The position numbers and the translations under genes are program-made. A stretch of DNA of 64,000 nt, taken from positions 1-64,000 of the forward strand of contig CAWCPV010000015.1 of the NCBI GenBank assembly GCA_963797555.1, written 5' to 3'. How positions within the stretch are numbered: the first letter of the stretch is position 1; each line of letters starts with the position of its first letter. The DNA is from an uncultured Gammaproteobacteria bacterium (GTDB taxonomy: Bacteria; Pseudomonadota; Gammaproteobacteria; CAWCPV01). The notes beneath the pieces were generated by a model. That model had not been told where the DNA came from. It was given only the letters and a program-made list of their open reading frames with translations, and did no database searches. Below are positions 1 to 11,059 of this stretch, in pieces.

Positions 1-169
1 TCGGAGCACGCGCGGCACAGGATTGGAGTGCCCGATGCTGGCCGAGCCGGCCCAAGGCGATGGGCTTGGGGCTGCGGTTGGGTTTTCGCCGGCAACCTGC
101 ACGAACGCTGCCGTCCCCTTGCGGGCAGGCTCCGTTATGGGCTTCGACCCAGAGGCGAAGCTCCGCACG

Positions 170-604
170 TCAATCCCGTTCTTTGATATGCCAGAATTTT
201 TGCATGGCGAGATAGGTGAACGACGCCGACCAGCCAATCAGCAGCAAGCCGTTGAGCGCCTCGATTCCGGTAATCAGGCGCAGTGGTCCCAGCGGGTAAA
301 TGTCGCCCATACCGATGGTGGTATACGTTTCCGCGGAAAAATAAAGATAGGACGAAAAACTGTTGGCAAAATGACCGCCGAAATTTCCCATCTCAAAGTG
401 GTCCTTCAGGAAGAAATAGGCAAGCGCGTAACAGGTGATTTCCAGCATATGGCCAAAAAAGGTTCCGAATAGCACCGCGAGCAATCGCGCTCTGGGCCGA
501 ATTCTAATCCGCGGCACGTAGGTCGAAAGCATTCTTAACACCTCGTAATGGGTGAACGTGCTCAATATGACCAGAAGCGCGGTAAACAGGGTTGCAATTA
601 ACAT
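170..604 (-). CDS. Potassium channel family protein (Ion_trans_2)
   Basis: TM helices plus pore motif YFSAETYTTIGMGDIYP. Confidence 0.85.
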   Translation of the reverse strand: MLIATLFTALLVILSTFTHYEVLRMLSTYVPRIRIRPRARLLAVLFGTFFGHMLEITCYALAYFFLKDHFEMGNFGGHFANSFSSYLYFSAETYTTIGMGDIYPLGPLRLITGIEALNGLLLIGWSASFTYLAMQKFWHIKERD

Positions 605-1005
605 GGAGCTAGAACGACAGGGGACAGGCCGCGGTCTCTATTCGAACAGATGCTTCACTCCGGCCGGCATTTTCCTCGGTCTCCGCGAAACCCTGGGGCC
701 GGCAGGTGGCCGAGGTGTGGCGATAATATCCGCAGCGAAGCACGCTTCACCCGGCGCAAAGTTTCCATTGGCCGCCTGACGGCTGGCTTCCACCACGCCT
801 GGGTGGAATTGGTAGCCAATTCCCGACACGCTGCCCGGCGATCGACTCCCGGCCCACCCGGGGCAAGATACTAAGATGGAGCGCCACCCGCGGACTCTCC
901 TCCCGCTGCGCCTTCGACCGATAACTTCCTTCGGCTGCGTTGACCTGAGCGGAATTTTTCCACCGCACCCAGGGTTCTCTGCCGTGGGTATCCGGGTTCT
1001 CGCTT

Positions 1006-1740
1006 TCAAAACTGGGGTACGGGAAGCGGTTGGTACTCGCTGCTCTGGGGGTGTCCCTCCAGGGTGAAGACCATGTCGGATTTGCCTCGGCCTCCGGAGG
1101 AGGGCGTCTTGGAAGCGGTAACCGGCTGATCCCCCATTCCGTAGCCACCGCCAGGGTTGTAGGAATGGTGCTCGCTGCCTTCCACCTGAGGAGTGGAGAA
1201 CCACAGCCACTGGCCGCCCGGCCGATAGGGCCTCACGAGGTAGACCGTGATCCAGTAGTGGCCGGCCGACAGCGGCTGAGAGCTGAAGTCGAACGTCAAG
1301 GTACCCGTGTCGAGGTCCTCACCGCCGCTCATGGACTGCATCACCTTCCTTCCCTCGTACACTGGGCCGGGCAGGCCGTCCCAGATCTCTGCGATTACGC
1401 CGTTGTCGTACTCGGGGTTGCCCCTGCTTGGCTCGGTTTCGTCGCCGAAGGCTTCCAGGTCGACCCACAACTGGGGGAGGGCCCGGCCCTCCGGCTGCCA
1501 AGCTTGGATGCGGGACCCTGCGGCCCGATCGATGCCTCTTGCCGTCAATCGATCGATGAACATGTCTCGGCTGACGGTAAAGTCGTCGAATTGATAGGTC
1601 GAGAATTTCGGCAGGTCCGGAAATTCCTGCGACACGAAGTCCAAGGACGGCTCCCTCGGAGCGGGCTGCTCCCAGATCACGTCCGCGGTCGCGACGCTGC
1701 TCACGAGCAGCAGTACGGTGAGGCCCGGTAACTCCTTCAT
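1006..1740 (-). CDS. Secreted hypothetical protein (resembles PEP-CTERM-associated domains)
   Basis: ATG at 1740 with GGAGG upstream; signal peptide MKELPGLTVLLLVSSVATA; beta-rich body ending QPLPVPQF. Confidence 0.6.
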   Translation of the reverse strand: MKELPGLTVLLLVSSVATADVIWEQPAPREPSLDFVSQEFPDLPKFSTYQFDDFTVSRDMFIDRLTARGIDRAAGSRIQAWQPEGRALPQLWVDLEAFGDETEPSRGNPEYDNGVIAEIWDGLPGPVYEGRKVMQSMSGGEDLDTGTLTFDFSSQPLSAGHYWITVYLVRPYRPGGQWLWFSTPQVEGSEHHSYNPGGGYGMGDQPVTASKTPSSGGRGKSDMVFTLEGHPQSSEYQPLPVPQF

Positions 1741-2583
1741 GAGACCTCCCCAGCCGGCATAAGGTCCCGCCCTGACCGCCCGTGGGCTCATTGGTGGAAA
1801 CCCCCGGGCATCCTTTCTGTCTCCTGGTTGTCCAGGACCGGATGCTGTCACCAGACGCGCGTAACTACGCGCTCCGAGAGCGGTTCTCGGGGCTGGCGCG
1901 CACCCTGCCAATCGAGTGCGATCCGGCGACTGCCCGCACAGTCTGGTCATCGGAGAGGATGACAGCCGACCCAAATTCGAGGTCGAGTGAGTCAATGGTC
2001 ACGCCGAGCGATGCGCCCGTTCGGAATGGCCGCGCTGCCGGCGTTTGCCGGCAGCGATCTCACGCGGAGGATCAGCATACATCGGCGGGCGCTCGCTCCG
2101 CACGTGGCGCACGTCGTCCAGGATATCGGCCGCGTGATTCTTTCGGACAGGGAGAGCGCCCTCGATGGTCTCGAGAGGTCCGTGAACCGCTGCTCCAGAA
2201 GCGACTCGATTGGTTGGTGCACGTCCGGTGCGCGCCGCACGACGTTCGGGAACTGCTCCCTTCTAAGACTGAGCAACAGAGTCGGACCGATGGCCGTCAC
2301 CTGGCCGTGCGGGGCAGATCTCGCAGTAGGGCGATACGGCGACATCCGCGGATGGCGCCTCCGCGGTTTGTACGGAGACCCGAACGATGATGTACACCCG
2401 CCGTCCCCCACGCGCGAGCTTCTTTCATCATCAGGGGCGGCACCAGACGCAATGATCGTCAGGTTCATTTTGTTCGCGACACGGGTGGTTGCCGGGGGCG
2501 GTTTTTCGGGATACGGTATGCTGTGCCTCTCTTCCAGGCCAACGAGCGGCCTCTTCGGGCCTTGCGGAGCTGAGAGCCTGACT

Positions 2584-4653
2584 GTGGCGAGCATAGCACG
2601 AGCACATCGTCTGCTTCTGTTGACGGACTCCGACGCCGTCTCCAAGCAGCTCGACGTCATGTTCCGAGAGGCCGGTATGCTGGTAAGGATCGACCGCCTT
2701 GAGACCAGCGCGGACATCGAGCTGATGCTCGGCAGAGAAGAAGATGCGTCCTGGGACTTGGTGCTGGCGGAGGCGCGGCTGGATCCGCTGCACGCCCTGG
2801 CCTCATTGCGGCATGCGGGACGCGAGATCCCGATGGTCGTGTTAACCCCAGATCGAGACGATCAGCGTGCGCTGGAGGCGTTGAATTACGGGGCACGGGA
2901 TGTCGTTTCTCTGGAGGACAAGCGCGTACTGCATGTCATCCTGCGTGAGTTGGGAGACGCTGAATGGCGCCGGACTAGTCAACGGCTCCAGGCGGCCCTG
3001 GAGGAATCCGAACAACGCGCCCACGCCCTGCTCGACAGCTCACGTGATGCCATTGCGTACATTCATGAGGGGATGCACGTCTATGCGAACCTCGAATATC
3101 TGCATCTCCTCGGCTTCCAACGGAGTGAGGACCTCGATGGACTCCCGATCCTCGATATGATAGGCGGGGACGTCCAAGCAGCATTCAAGGAATTCATGCG
3201 CGGTGTTGAGCGCGAAGGGCAGGGACCCATGCAGCTCGAGGTCCGGCTCCGCGCTGCACAAGGTGAGCTGGAGATGGTGCTCGAGGCCAGACGCGCGCGG
3301 TATGGCGGTGAGGCTTGCACTCAGGTGGTGCTCCGGCCCCGCGCAACCGATAAGGCCCTCAAAAAGGAGATTGCACGCCTCAAGGAGGCGGATCCCCTTA
3401 CCGGGCTCTATAACCGCCAGTATTTCCTGCAGGCCATCGCCGAGGCCATAGCCAAGGCGGTCAAAGCGGCCGGAGACAGCACACTGCTGTACGTTGAGCT
3501 CGATGATCTGGAGGCAGTGACGGCAAGCGTGGGCATTCCGGCGAGCGATCGGGTTCTGGTGGAGATCAGCAAGCTCGTGGAGCAGGGGCTCGGTCAGCTC
3601 GGTGCTGTTGCCCGCTTTGCGGACCACGTGTTCACAGTCTTGCTGGACATGGATGACCTCGAGAAGGCTAAGGGTCTTGCCGAGGACTTACGCCGAGCTA
3701 TTGAGGCGCAGGTGTTCGAGGTCGACGGGAAGACCGTCATGACCACCTGCACCATCGGTGTCTGCTTGATCACCTCCCAGACAGGGAGTATCCACGAAGC
3801 GCTCATCGCCGCCAAGACGGCCTCTTCCGAGGGGCGCCAGCGCGGCGGCAACCAAGTGGCGGTCAATCAGGGGAGCTGGCAGGAGTACGCCGAGGACAAG
3901 CAATGGCCGCGGCGCATCCGCGAGGCCCTCGAGAGCAACCAGTTCCGTCTGTTCTATCAGCCGGTGGTGAGCCTCCACGGCGAGCTGCGCGAGCTCTACG
4001 AAGTGCTCCTGCGCATGTTCGACAAGCAGGGCAACATGGTGCTGCCCGAGCAATTCATGTCACGGGCGGTGGAGGCCGACCTGATTCCAGCCCTGGATCG
4101 CTGGGTCATCGAGCACATCGTTCCTGTCTTCGCTCAAGAGCGGGCTGGTGGCCGGGACCCACATTTCTTCGTCCGGCTCTCAGAGCAGACCCTCCACGAC
4201 AAGGCGCTGTTGCAATGGGTGCACGACGAGGCCGAGGCGGGACAAATTCCCAGCGATCGGGTCATTCTCGAGGTGAGCGAGGCGTCGGCGGCCATTCACC
4301 TGCGGGAGATCGCTGCCTTGATCGGGCAACTGAAGCCCATCCAATTCCGATTTGCGCTCTCCCACTTCGGGCAGCGGAGCAACTCTTTCGGTATCCTCCG
4401 GCACCTGGATGTCGACTACGTCAAAGTCGATGGCACGCTGGTGCGCTATCTGAGCCGGGACCCCAAGGCTCAGGCTACGGTCAGGTCCATCATCGAGACG
4501 GCCCATGGGATGGGTAAGCTGGCGGTGGCCGAGGACCTCGAAGACGCCGAGACACTGGCGCTCCTGTGGCAGTATGGGGTCGACTATGCCCGCGGTTATT
4601 ACGTGCAGATCCCTACGGAAAAGCCCGAATTCGACTTCCTCGCGAACCTCTGA
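2584..4653 (+). CDS. fimX: FimX-like REC-PAS-degenerate GGDEF-EAL c-di-GMP receptor
   Basis: REC-like N-terminus; LLDSSRDAIAYIHEGMHVYAN PAS; DPLTGLYNR with degenerate RFADHVF; EVLLRM EAL-site variant; start inferred at GTG 2584. Confidence 0.8.
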   Translation: MASIARAHRLLLLTDSDAVSKQLDVMFREAGMLVRIDRLETSADIELMLGREEDASWDLVLAEARLDPLHALASLRHAGREIPMVVLTPDRDDQRALEALNYGARDVVSLEDKRVLHVILRELGDAEWRRTSQRLQAALEESEQRAHALLDSSRDAIAYIHEGMHVYANLEYLHLLGFQRSEDLDGLPILDMIGGDVQAAFKEFMRGVEREGQGPMQLEVRLRAAQGELEMVLEARRARYGGEACTQVVLRPRATDKALKKEIARLKEADPLTGLYNRQYFLQAIAEAIAKAVKAAGDSTLLYVELDDLEAVTASVGIPASDRVLVEISKLVEQGLGQLGAVARFADHVFTVLLDMDDLEKAKGLAEDLRRAIEAQVFEVDGKTVMTTCTIGVCLITSQTGSIHEALIAAKTASSEGRQRGGNQVAVNQGSWQEYAEDKQWPRRIREALESNQFRLFYQPVVSLHGELRELYEVLLRMFDKQGNMVLPEQFMSRAVEADLIPALDRWVIEHIVPVFAQERAGGRDPHFFVRLSEQTLHDKALLQWVHDEAEAGQIPSDRVILEVSEASAAIHLREIAALIGQLKPIQFRFALSHFGQRSNSFGILRHLDVDYVKVDGTLVRYLSRDPKAQATVRSIIETAHGMGKLAVAEDLEDAETLALLWQYGVDYARGYYVQIPTEKPEFDFLANL

Positions 4654-5099
4654 CATCGTCGAAACAGCGCTTCGAAGTCAGGGGCGCTCGTCGGGCGCAG
4701 CACTGCCCTCCGAAGCTTTTGCCCGACTTCAAGCCGGCCGCCGGCGCGGCGACGTTGCTTCCTGCACTAGCCCGTCGTGACCGTGCGGGTGTATCGAACA
4801 TGCTCCGTCCGCTTGCACCGGCTCTGTGGCCGTTCGCACACGCTGGCGGACTTTCGGGTGGCGCAGGCGAGCGCCTCAACCCGTGAGCGTGGCGACGCTG
4901 ACGTTGGAGAGTTGGTCGAGACGAATCGGGCGGCACATCCGCACCTCGGCCGCAGCCGAGCGAGCATGGAGAGCTGTTTTGGGCAGGTTCGCTGCGCCCG
5001 GAGCTTGAAGACGCACCCCGCGGTCAGCTCCAAACGCGAGAAAGCGGCGCGGCACTCGCCGCGATTTCCGTATAAGACTCTGATTGCGTTCGCCGCGTG

Positions 5100-7511
5100 T
5101 CAGCTTGTGCGGGGTACGAAGAAGAAGTCGCCGGACTCATGGCCCGCGAAACGGATGGGGGCGTATTCAGGCACCTGTTCGATGTGCAGGGCGGCTGCCG
5201 CGTAAGTGACGCGGGCCGAGACCTCGCGGAACAGTCGTTGACCCTCCAGGATGTCGCGGTTGGCCGAGAGGACCTCGATGAATGCCTTTGCGAAGACCGA
5301 GTGCTGTCCGCCGCCTGTGTCTAGGACGGGCTTCAATCCTCCAGAGGTCAGGACTGTGCGCGAGCGCTTCTCGGCCATCACCTCGATCCACTTATTGCGG
5401 GCTTCTTCCGACATTCCCACGTCCAGGGTGGCGAGGGCGGTGCGTGTCAACGTCCCCGAGTAGCACGAATCCGCAACCACCAGAACCTCTTTCGCGGACA
5501 TCGCGTTCAGCATGTCGGTAATGTCGACGTTCGAGATCCAGTTCGCGTTGTTGCCGGACTCGGCGTCGACCGGTAGCCAGTAGCCCCTTTGGTTCACCCG
5601 GTCCAAGTCCCCGTGACCGGCGTAGTAGATGAGCAGGTTGTCCTTCTCCGTGAGCTGCTCCCGCAACTTGTTCAGGGCCGACAGGATGTCGTAGCGCGTC
5701 GCGTTGCGCAACAGGGTAACCTGGAAGCCGTACTTCTTGCGCAGGATTTGCGCGATTGCCTCGGCATCGCTCACCGCTGTCTCGAGATGCGGCAGGGAGC
5801 GGTAGTCGTCGTTGCCAATGACCAGTGCATAATAGCGTCCGAAATCGACGTCCGGTATCTGCTCGGGGGCGGCCAGTTCGGTCGTTCCCCCCGGCGTGGC
5901 CTGACGAGCCGTCGCTGGCTGCGCCGGCTCCAGCGTGAACTCGACGGCCGCACGCTTGCCTTGCCTGTCTACAGCGACGAGTTGCACGGGGGTTGCAGAC
6001 GCCTCTACGGGAATCAGGCTCCGAAACAGCCCGCTGTCGCTGACTTTCTCCTGCTTGTCGTTGATGGTGAAAGTCAACAGCCCCGCCGGGGCAGTGACCT
6101 TCCCGACCACCACCCGCTCGATCCCGGAGCGCGTCTTCACCACTGGGGTGCCGCGCGTGGCGAGCAGCGGGGGGTCGATCATCTCGATGGCTGGGCCCGC
6201 GACCTCTACCGGAGGCGTGGCCCTCCTCCCGATGGCTCCGCCCTGCTTGCTGCTCCTGGCCTCCAGCGCTGCCAGCTGCTGCCGGTAGCCTTCCGACTCG
6301 GTCTTAAGGCGTGCCGCTTCCTTGGCCTGTTTGTCGAGATCTTGGCGTCGCGCATCCAACTCCTGCTGCAGCTTCTTGACGAGCGCGTCATCTTTCACCC
6401 GCGACGCCTCTTGAAGGCGGGTTTCCAGTTGCTTCTGCGCGCGCTCCGAGTCCTCACGCTGCTCACGAGCCGTCTGCTCCCGTGCCTGCGCCTGCGACAG
6501 CTCCTCTCGCAGGGCTGCGACCTCTTGCGAGCGCCGTTCGAGCTGCCGCTCCAATTCAGCGGTGCGCCCTTGGGCCGTTTTTGCGGTGGTGCCGAGACCA
6601 GCCAGTTGTTCGCGGTAAGACTGAGTCTCGGCCTCGAGGCGAGCGACATCTTGTCGCTGGCGATCGAGATCCTGCTCGCGCTGCCGCAGCTCCTGTTGCA
6701 ACTGCCTTACGCCGGCGCCGTCCTGCTGCGCACCCGACTCCTGCTGACGTTGTTGGAGCTCCTGACGCAGCCGCTCGACGTCCCGCCCCTGCTTCTCCGC
6801 CTCGCGTTTGCGGGCCGCGAGATCGCGACGGGCCTGGTCAAGCTGCCGGCGTAGGCTCGACACCTCCCCGCGCAGGCTCTCCACTTCGTGTGCCTGCGTC
6901 TGCTGCCGAGCGGTCTCGACGTTGGAAACGAACTTCAGGTTGGCCGCGGCTAGGCCGGAGGCCCGGCGGTACCAGTTCATAGCCGTCACCGTATCCTTCG
7001 GCACGCCCAACCCCCTTTCGTACAGGTAGCCGAGGCTGATCTCCGCTCTCTGGTAACCTTGGTCGGCGGCCTTCCGATACCACATGGCGGCCATGGCGTA
7101 ATCCGGCTGTGTCCCCAGCCCCTTCTCGTAAATCTCCCCGACATACGTCTGCGCCCCGGGGTCGCCCTGGGTGGCGAGCGGCAGCCACACTTTGAGGGCC
7201 GTCGCGTAGTTGGCCCGGTCGTACGCGACATACTCCCCTCCGCGGATTCGGCAGTCTCGCGCAGAGGTCTTGATGGCGCGCCTGGCGCTGAGATAAGTCA
7301 TCATCTGTCCGAGCCTGCGAATCTGTCCGGGTAGCAGGCAGTCCACCACGAGCAGGTCATCCGCGTTCTGTGCGGAGCCTCCCGTCTCTGGGCGCGCCAC
7401 ACCGCCGCTCGGCTCTCCGACTGGGGTACAAGCGCAGATCAGCGCGAAAAGCGCCGGAAGAGCCAGCCGTCGCGCGACGTGGACGGGGTGACCCCGTACT
7501 GGCCGGAGCAA
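5100..7511 (-). CDS. Caspase-family (peptidase C14) lipoprotein with Sel1 repeats and long coiled coil
   Basis: Lipobox-like ALICAC; Sel1 repeats (GEIYEKGLG, GYLYERGLGV); catalytic YYAGHG and DSCYSG; true start may be ATG near 7544 with a frameshift. Confidence 0.85.
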   Translation of the reverse strand: MLRPVRGHPVHVARRLALPALFALICACTPVGEPSGGVARPETGGSAQNADDLLVVDCLLPGQIRRLGQMMTYLSARRAIKTSARDCRIRGGEYVAYDRANYATALKVWLPLATQGDPGAQTYVGEIYEKGLGTQPDYAMAAMWYRKAADQGYQRAEISLGYLYERGLGVPKDTVTAMNWYRRASGLAAANLKFVSNVETARQQTQAHEVESLRGEVSSLRRQLDQARRDLAARKREAEKQGRDVERLRQELQQRQQESGAQQDGAGVRQLQQELRQREQDLDRQRQDVARLEAETQSYREQLAGLGTTAKTAQGRTAELERQLERRSQEVAALREELSQAQAREQTAREQREDSERAQKQLETRLQEASRVKDDALVKKLQQELDARRQDLDKQAKEAARLKTESEGYRQQLAALEARSSKQGGAIGRRATPPVEVAGPAIEMIDPPLLATRGTPVVKTRSGIERVVVGKVTAPAGLLTFTINDKQEKVSDSGLFRSLIPVEASATPVQLVAVDRQGKRAAVEFTLEPAQPATARQATPGGTTELAAPEQIPDVDFGRYYALVIGNDDYRSLPHLETAVSDAEAIAQILRKKYGFQVTLLRNATRYDILSALNKLREQLTEKDNLLIYYAGHGDLDRVNQRGYWLPVDAESGNNANWISNVDITDMLNAMSAKEVLVVADSCYSGTLTRTALATLDVGMSEEARNKWIEVMAEKRSRTVLTSGGLKPVLDTGGGQHSVFAKAFIEVLSANRDILEGQRLFREVSARVTYAAAALHIEQVPEYAPIRFAGHESGDFFFVPRTS

Positions 7512-7711
7512 ATGGAGTGATGTGGGCGACGCCCCTACTGCTCATTGGCGATTCCGACAGGTAGCGGGAGACGATTGCCAGAGTAGGAACAGGCACTAAA
7601 GTATAGCACGTGGTGGCGGCGCACAGCCGCGATGCAACTCAGGAGCTAGCCATGCCAACTGTGTCCGACCCGTGTGAGGATCGGGGGGGCGTGTCCCCTC
7701 ACGGGGAGAAG

Positions 7712-8524
7712 ATGGGATGCCTCCTCCGGGCACTGGCTCTGCTGCTGCTCGCCGGCTGTACGCCACCGGCCCTGCGGGTCGACGCTGAGGCCGCACGGCT
7801 GGGTTTTCATCGCGAGGTCGTTGCGGGCGATCCGTTTCTGCACGTGGTCTACTTGAAGCCGGCCCTCGATCAGGCCGATACCCTGCACGTCTACCTCGAA
7901 GGCGACGGATCCCCGTGGCTGAATCTCTGGACGATCGCGCCCGACCCGACACCCCGCCATCCCTTGATGCTTGGACTCATGGCACTCGACCCCGCGCCGG
8001 CTCTCTATCTCGGCAGGCCGTGCTACCAAGGGCTGGCAACGACGCCTCCCTGTTCTCCGCTGACTTGGACCGCCCAGCGCTACTCGGAAAAAGTGATCGA
8101 GAGCATGGCGACGGCGCTGCGCGGCGTCCTTTCCGCACGCGAGTCCCCCGATCTCGTGTTCCTGGGGCACAGCGGCGGTGGCACCCTGGCCATGATGCTC
8201 GCGGAGCGTTTCCCGCAGACGCGCGCAGTGGTGACCGTAGCCGGTAACCTGGATGTGCAAGGATGGGCGAAGCACCACGGCTATAGCCCCCTACGGGGCT
8301 CGCTGGACCCAAGCCGTCGTCCTCCGTTGCCGCCCCGTATCTTGCAGCTCCATCTGGCGGGGGCGAGGGATCGTGAGGTCCCCTTGAGTCTGCTGCAGAG
8401 TGCAGTGGCACGCCAGCCCGATGCGCGGCTGATCGTGTTCCAATCGTTCGATCACGTCTGCTGCTGGGGCTCGGTGTGGCGCGCGGTCCTTGCCCAGCTT
8501 CCGCGGCGCGGGGCCGGCCCTTGA
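7712..8524 (+). CDS. Alpha/beta hydrolase lipoprotein
   Basis: LLLAGC lipobox; YLEGDG; GHSGGG nucleophile elbow. Confidence 0.85.
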   Translation: MGCLLRALALLLLAGCTPPALRVDAEAARLGFHREVVAGDPFLHVVYLKPALDQADTLHVYLEGDGSPWLNLWTIAPDPTPRHPLMLGLMALDPAPALYLGRPCYQGLATTPPCSPLTWTAQRYSEKVIESMATALRGVLSARESPDLVFLGHSGGGTLAMMLAERFPQTRAVVTVAGNLDVQGWAKHHGYSPLRGSLDPSRRPPLPPRILQLHLAGARDREVPLSLLQSAVARQPDARLIVFQSFDHVCCWGSVWRAVLAQLPRRGAGP

Positions 8525-8879
8525 GTGCTCGCCGCACGCTCGCAACGTAGCACCTCGGCAACAGTTCGCGCCGTATTGCGCATTCGTAGCACCTCCGCTA
8601 CCATCCGGCATCAAGGGTGGGTGTACCGTGACTGATGGCGCGGCCCGGCGGGTCGGAATGTCCCGCGGGGCTCTCAGGGGAGCCGTGGGGGGCGTATGGA
8701 CGGTGCTGGCCCAGCGGGCCGACGGTGGTTGGAGTGTCTGGAACGAACAACAAGGCGCCAGAAAGGGGTGCGGATCATCGTGGGATCTCGGCTGCCCGAA
8801 AACCCTGCCGAGACTCCACACAACGGGCATCGTCTAGCTGTCGGCGGGGTGCATGGGGTCGACAGCGAAGGAGCGAGAC

Positions 8880-10925
8880 ATGAACAGCGCATGCTTGCGG
8901 TTGCGCCTGACGGCAGTGTTATTCGTCCTCGGCTCGCTGATAGCGACTTCGGCACAAGGCCAAATTTTCACGCTCGGAGTGGTCGACACCCCGGACCCCG
9001 TGACGGCGGGGCAGCCGGTGACTTACGTCATCACGGTGACCAACACCTCCGCACAGCCGCCCGCGACCGGACAGCCACCTGCATCAGCATCATGCGCCAC
9101 AGTCAGCGTCTCGCCGGCTCCTGCCTCGGGTTTTGCCTTCAGCGGCAGTCCGAGCGGGTGCGCGCAAAACTCGCCAGGCACGGTAACTTGTCCGCATACA
9201 GAGATCTCCCCCCAGCAGAGCGCCAGCTTTCAGCTCAGTTTCAGGACCGGCGGCCCGGGGACCTTCGCCACCGCCGTCGTGGTGGCGGAAGAGAGCATCT
9301 GCAACCGTGGTGTAGATGGCACGCTCGATGCTTCCGAGACTACGACGGTGACGCAGTCCACTCCGCCGCCCGCTTCGGGGTCCATCAGCAAGGTGTCCGG
9401 CGACACGGCCACTGTCTCCGCGGGTGCGCCCGTGACTCTAGTGGCGCAGCTTGGTGATGCCCAGGGACAGCCGGTCGCTGGTGTGACGGTCTCGTGGGGG
9501 GCTTCCCCGGCCGGCGCGGCTACCCTCGCATCACCGACGACAGTGAGCGGCTCCGACGGTCGTGCCAGCAACACCGTCGTAGTCCGCGCGCCGGTGAGCG
9601 AGCAGGTGACCGCGAGCGCGGCGGGCTTCGGATCGGCCACCTTTACGCTGGGGGCCGGTCTCGCCTTTATCCCCGGCCTCAACCCTGCACAACAGGCGGT
9701 GGCCGCGAATATCGACGTCGTGTGCCCGTCGGGCAAGGCTGCTCCGCAATTGCAGCGGGACTGTAATGCACTGTACGCCAATTCGCCGGACCAGCCGGGA
9801 GTCGCGACGGCCCTGGGGCAGGTGACATCGGAAAAGTTCTCCACTCAGGGCACGACCACCGTCAACCTGTCGGCCACCCAGTTTGGCAACATCGGGGCGC
9901 GCCTTGCAGCGCTGCGGGGGGGCGCCACCGGGATCAGTCTCGAGCGGCTATCGTTCAACCTCGACGGGTTGCCGCTGTCGGGAGCGATGTTGGCAGCGCT
10001 GACGCCAAAGGGGCTGACCGGCGGTGCGGCGAGCGCAGACGAACAGAGCCCCTTCGGCAAGCTCGGCATCTTCGTGAACGGCAACGTGTCCTTCGGCAAT
10101 CAGAGTGCGACCAACCGCGAAGCCGGTTTCGGCTTCAACACCACTGGAGTCACCGCCGGTGCGGACTACCGGTTGACCCCGGACTTGGTGCTCGGCGGGG
10201 CCTTTGGTTACGCCTCGAGCGGCGCGAGTCTGGACAACTCGGGGGGCAGCCTCGACACCAAGGACTACAGCTTGGTGGTCTACGGGACATACTACCGCTC
10301 TCAGAGTCTGTACGCGGACGGCTTTGCGAGTTACGGCTGGTCGAACTACGATTCGCGCCGGCGCATCCTATACTCGCTGCCCACGGTGGACGTGAACCAG
10401 ACGGCTAACGGCAGCACCGACGGTACCCAATACAGCCTGAGCCTCGGCGCAGGCTACGACTTCAGCCGGCAAGCACTCACCGTAGGGCCTTACGGCCACC
10501 TGACCTACCTCAAGGCCAACATCGGCGGCTTTCAGGAGAACATCGACAGCTCCGCCCCCGGCTCCGGGTGGGCTCTGAAGGTGAACAGCCAGGACATTAC
10601 GTCTCTGACCACCAGGGTGGGCGGGCAAGCCTCCTACGCCGTCAGCCGATCCTGGGGGGTTCTGGTGCCTCAGGGGCGCCTGGAGTGGCTGCACGAATTC
10701 GAGGACAACAGCTATCTCATCACGTCGAGTTTTGTGCAGGATTCGGCGGGGGTACCGTTTTCGGTCCCTACGGACACCCCGGACCGGGATTACTTCAATC
10801 TCGGCGTCGGGCTCTCGGCGGTCTTTCCACGGGGGCGGTCCGCCTTCATCAATTACGACACCGTCCTGTTCCGCAACAACCTCACTCAGCACTTCGTGAC
10901 AGCCGGGATACGGCTGGAGTTCTGA
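8880..10925 (+). CDS. Autotransporter beta-domain protein with DUF11 and Ig-like (Big_1) passenger domains
   Basis: Signal peptide; DTPDPVTAGQPVTYVITVTN (DUF11); GQPVAGVTVSW (Big_1); beta-barrel ending GIRLEF. Confidence 0.85.
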   Translation: MNSACLRLRLTAVLFVLGSLIATSAQGQIFTLGVVDTPDPVTAGQPVTYVITVTNTSAQPPATGQPPASASCATVSVSPAPASGFAFSGSPSGCAQNSPGTVTCPHTEISPQQSASFQLSFRTGGPGTFATAVVVAEESICNRGVDGTLDASETTTVTQSTPPPASGSISKVSGDTATVSAGAPVTLVAQLGDAQGQPVAGVTVSWGASPAGAATLASPTTVSGSDGRASNTVVVRAPVSEQVTASAAGFGSATFTLGAGLAFIPGLNPAQQAVAANIDVVCPSGKAAPQLQRDCNALYANSPDQPGVATALGQVTSEKFSTQGTTTVNLSATQFGNIGARLAALRGGATGISLERLSFNLDGLPLSGAMLAALTPKGLTGGAASADEQSPFGKLGIFVNGNVSFGNQSATNREAGFGFNTTGVTAGADYRLTPDLVLGGAFGYASSGASLDNSGGSLDTKDYSLVVYGTYYRSQSLYADGFASYGWSNYDSRRRILYSLPTVDVNQTANGSTDGTQYSLSLGAGYDFSRQALTVGPYGHLTYLKANIGGFQENIDSSAPGSGWALKVNSQDITSLTTRVGGQASYAVSRSWGVLVPQGRLEWLHEFEDNSYLITSSFVQDSAGVPFSVPTDTPDRDYFNLGVGLSAVFPRGRSAFINYDTVLFRNNLTQHFVTAGIRLEF

Positions 10926-11059
10926 GAGCTCGTGAATAAATCTGCTCGTCGCTGCGCTCCGGGCGCCCCACTCTCGGGCCACTCGCGACCATTTCTTCAC
11001 AAGTGCTGAGTCCGGATGCCTCCGTTTGGTCCGACCGGCTGCTGGCTCATTCACCGGGT

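Noticed and set aside
1987-2583. 200-aa N-terminal extension of the FimX ORF
   Set aside because: No domain-like character; FimX similarity starts near 2584.
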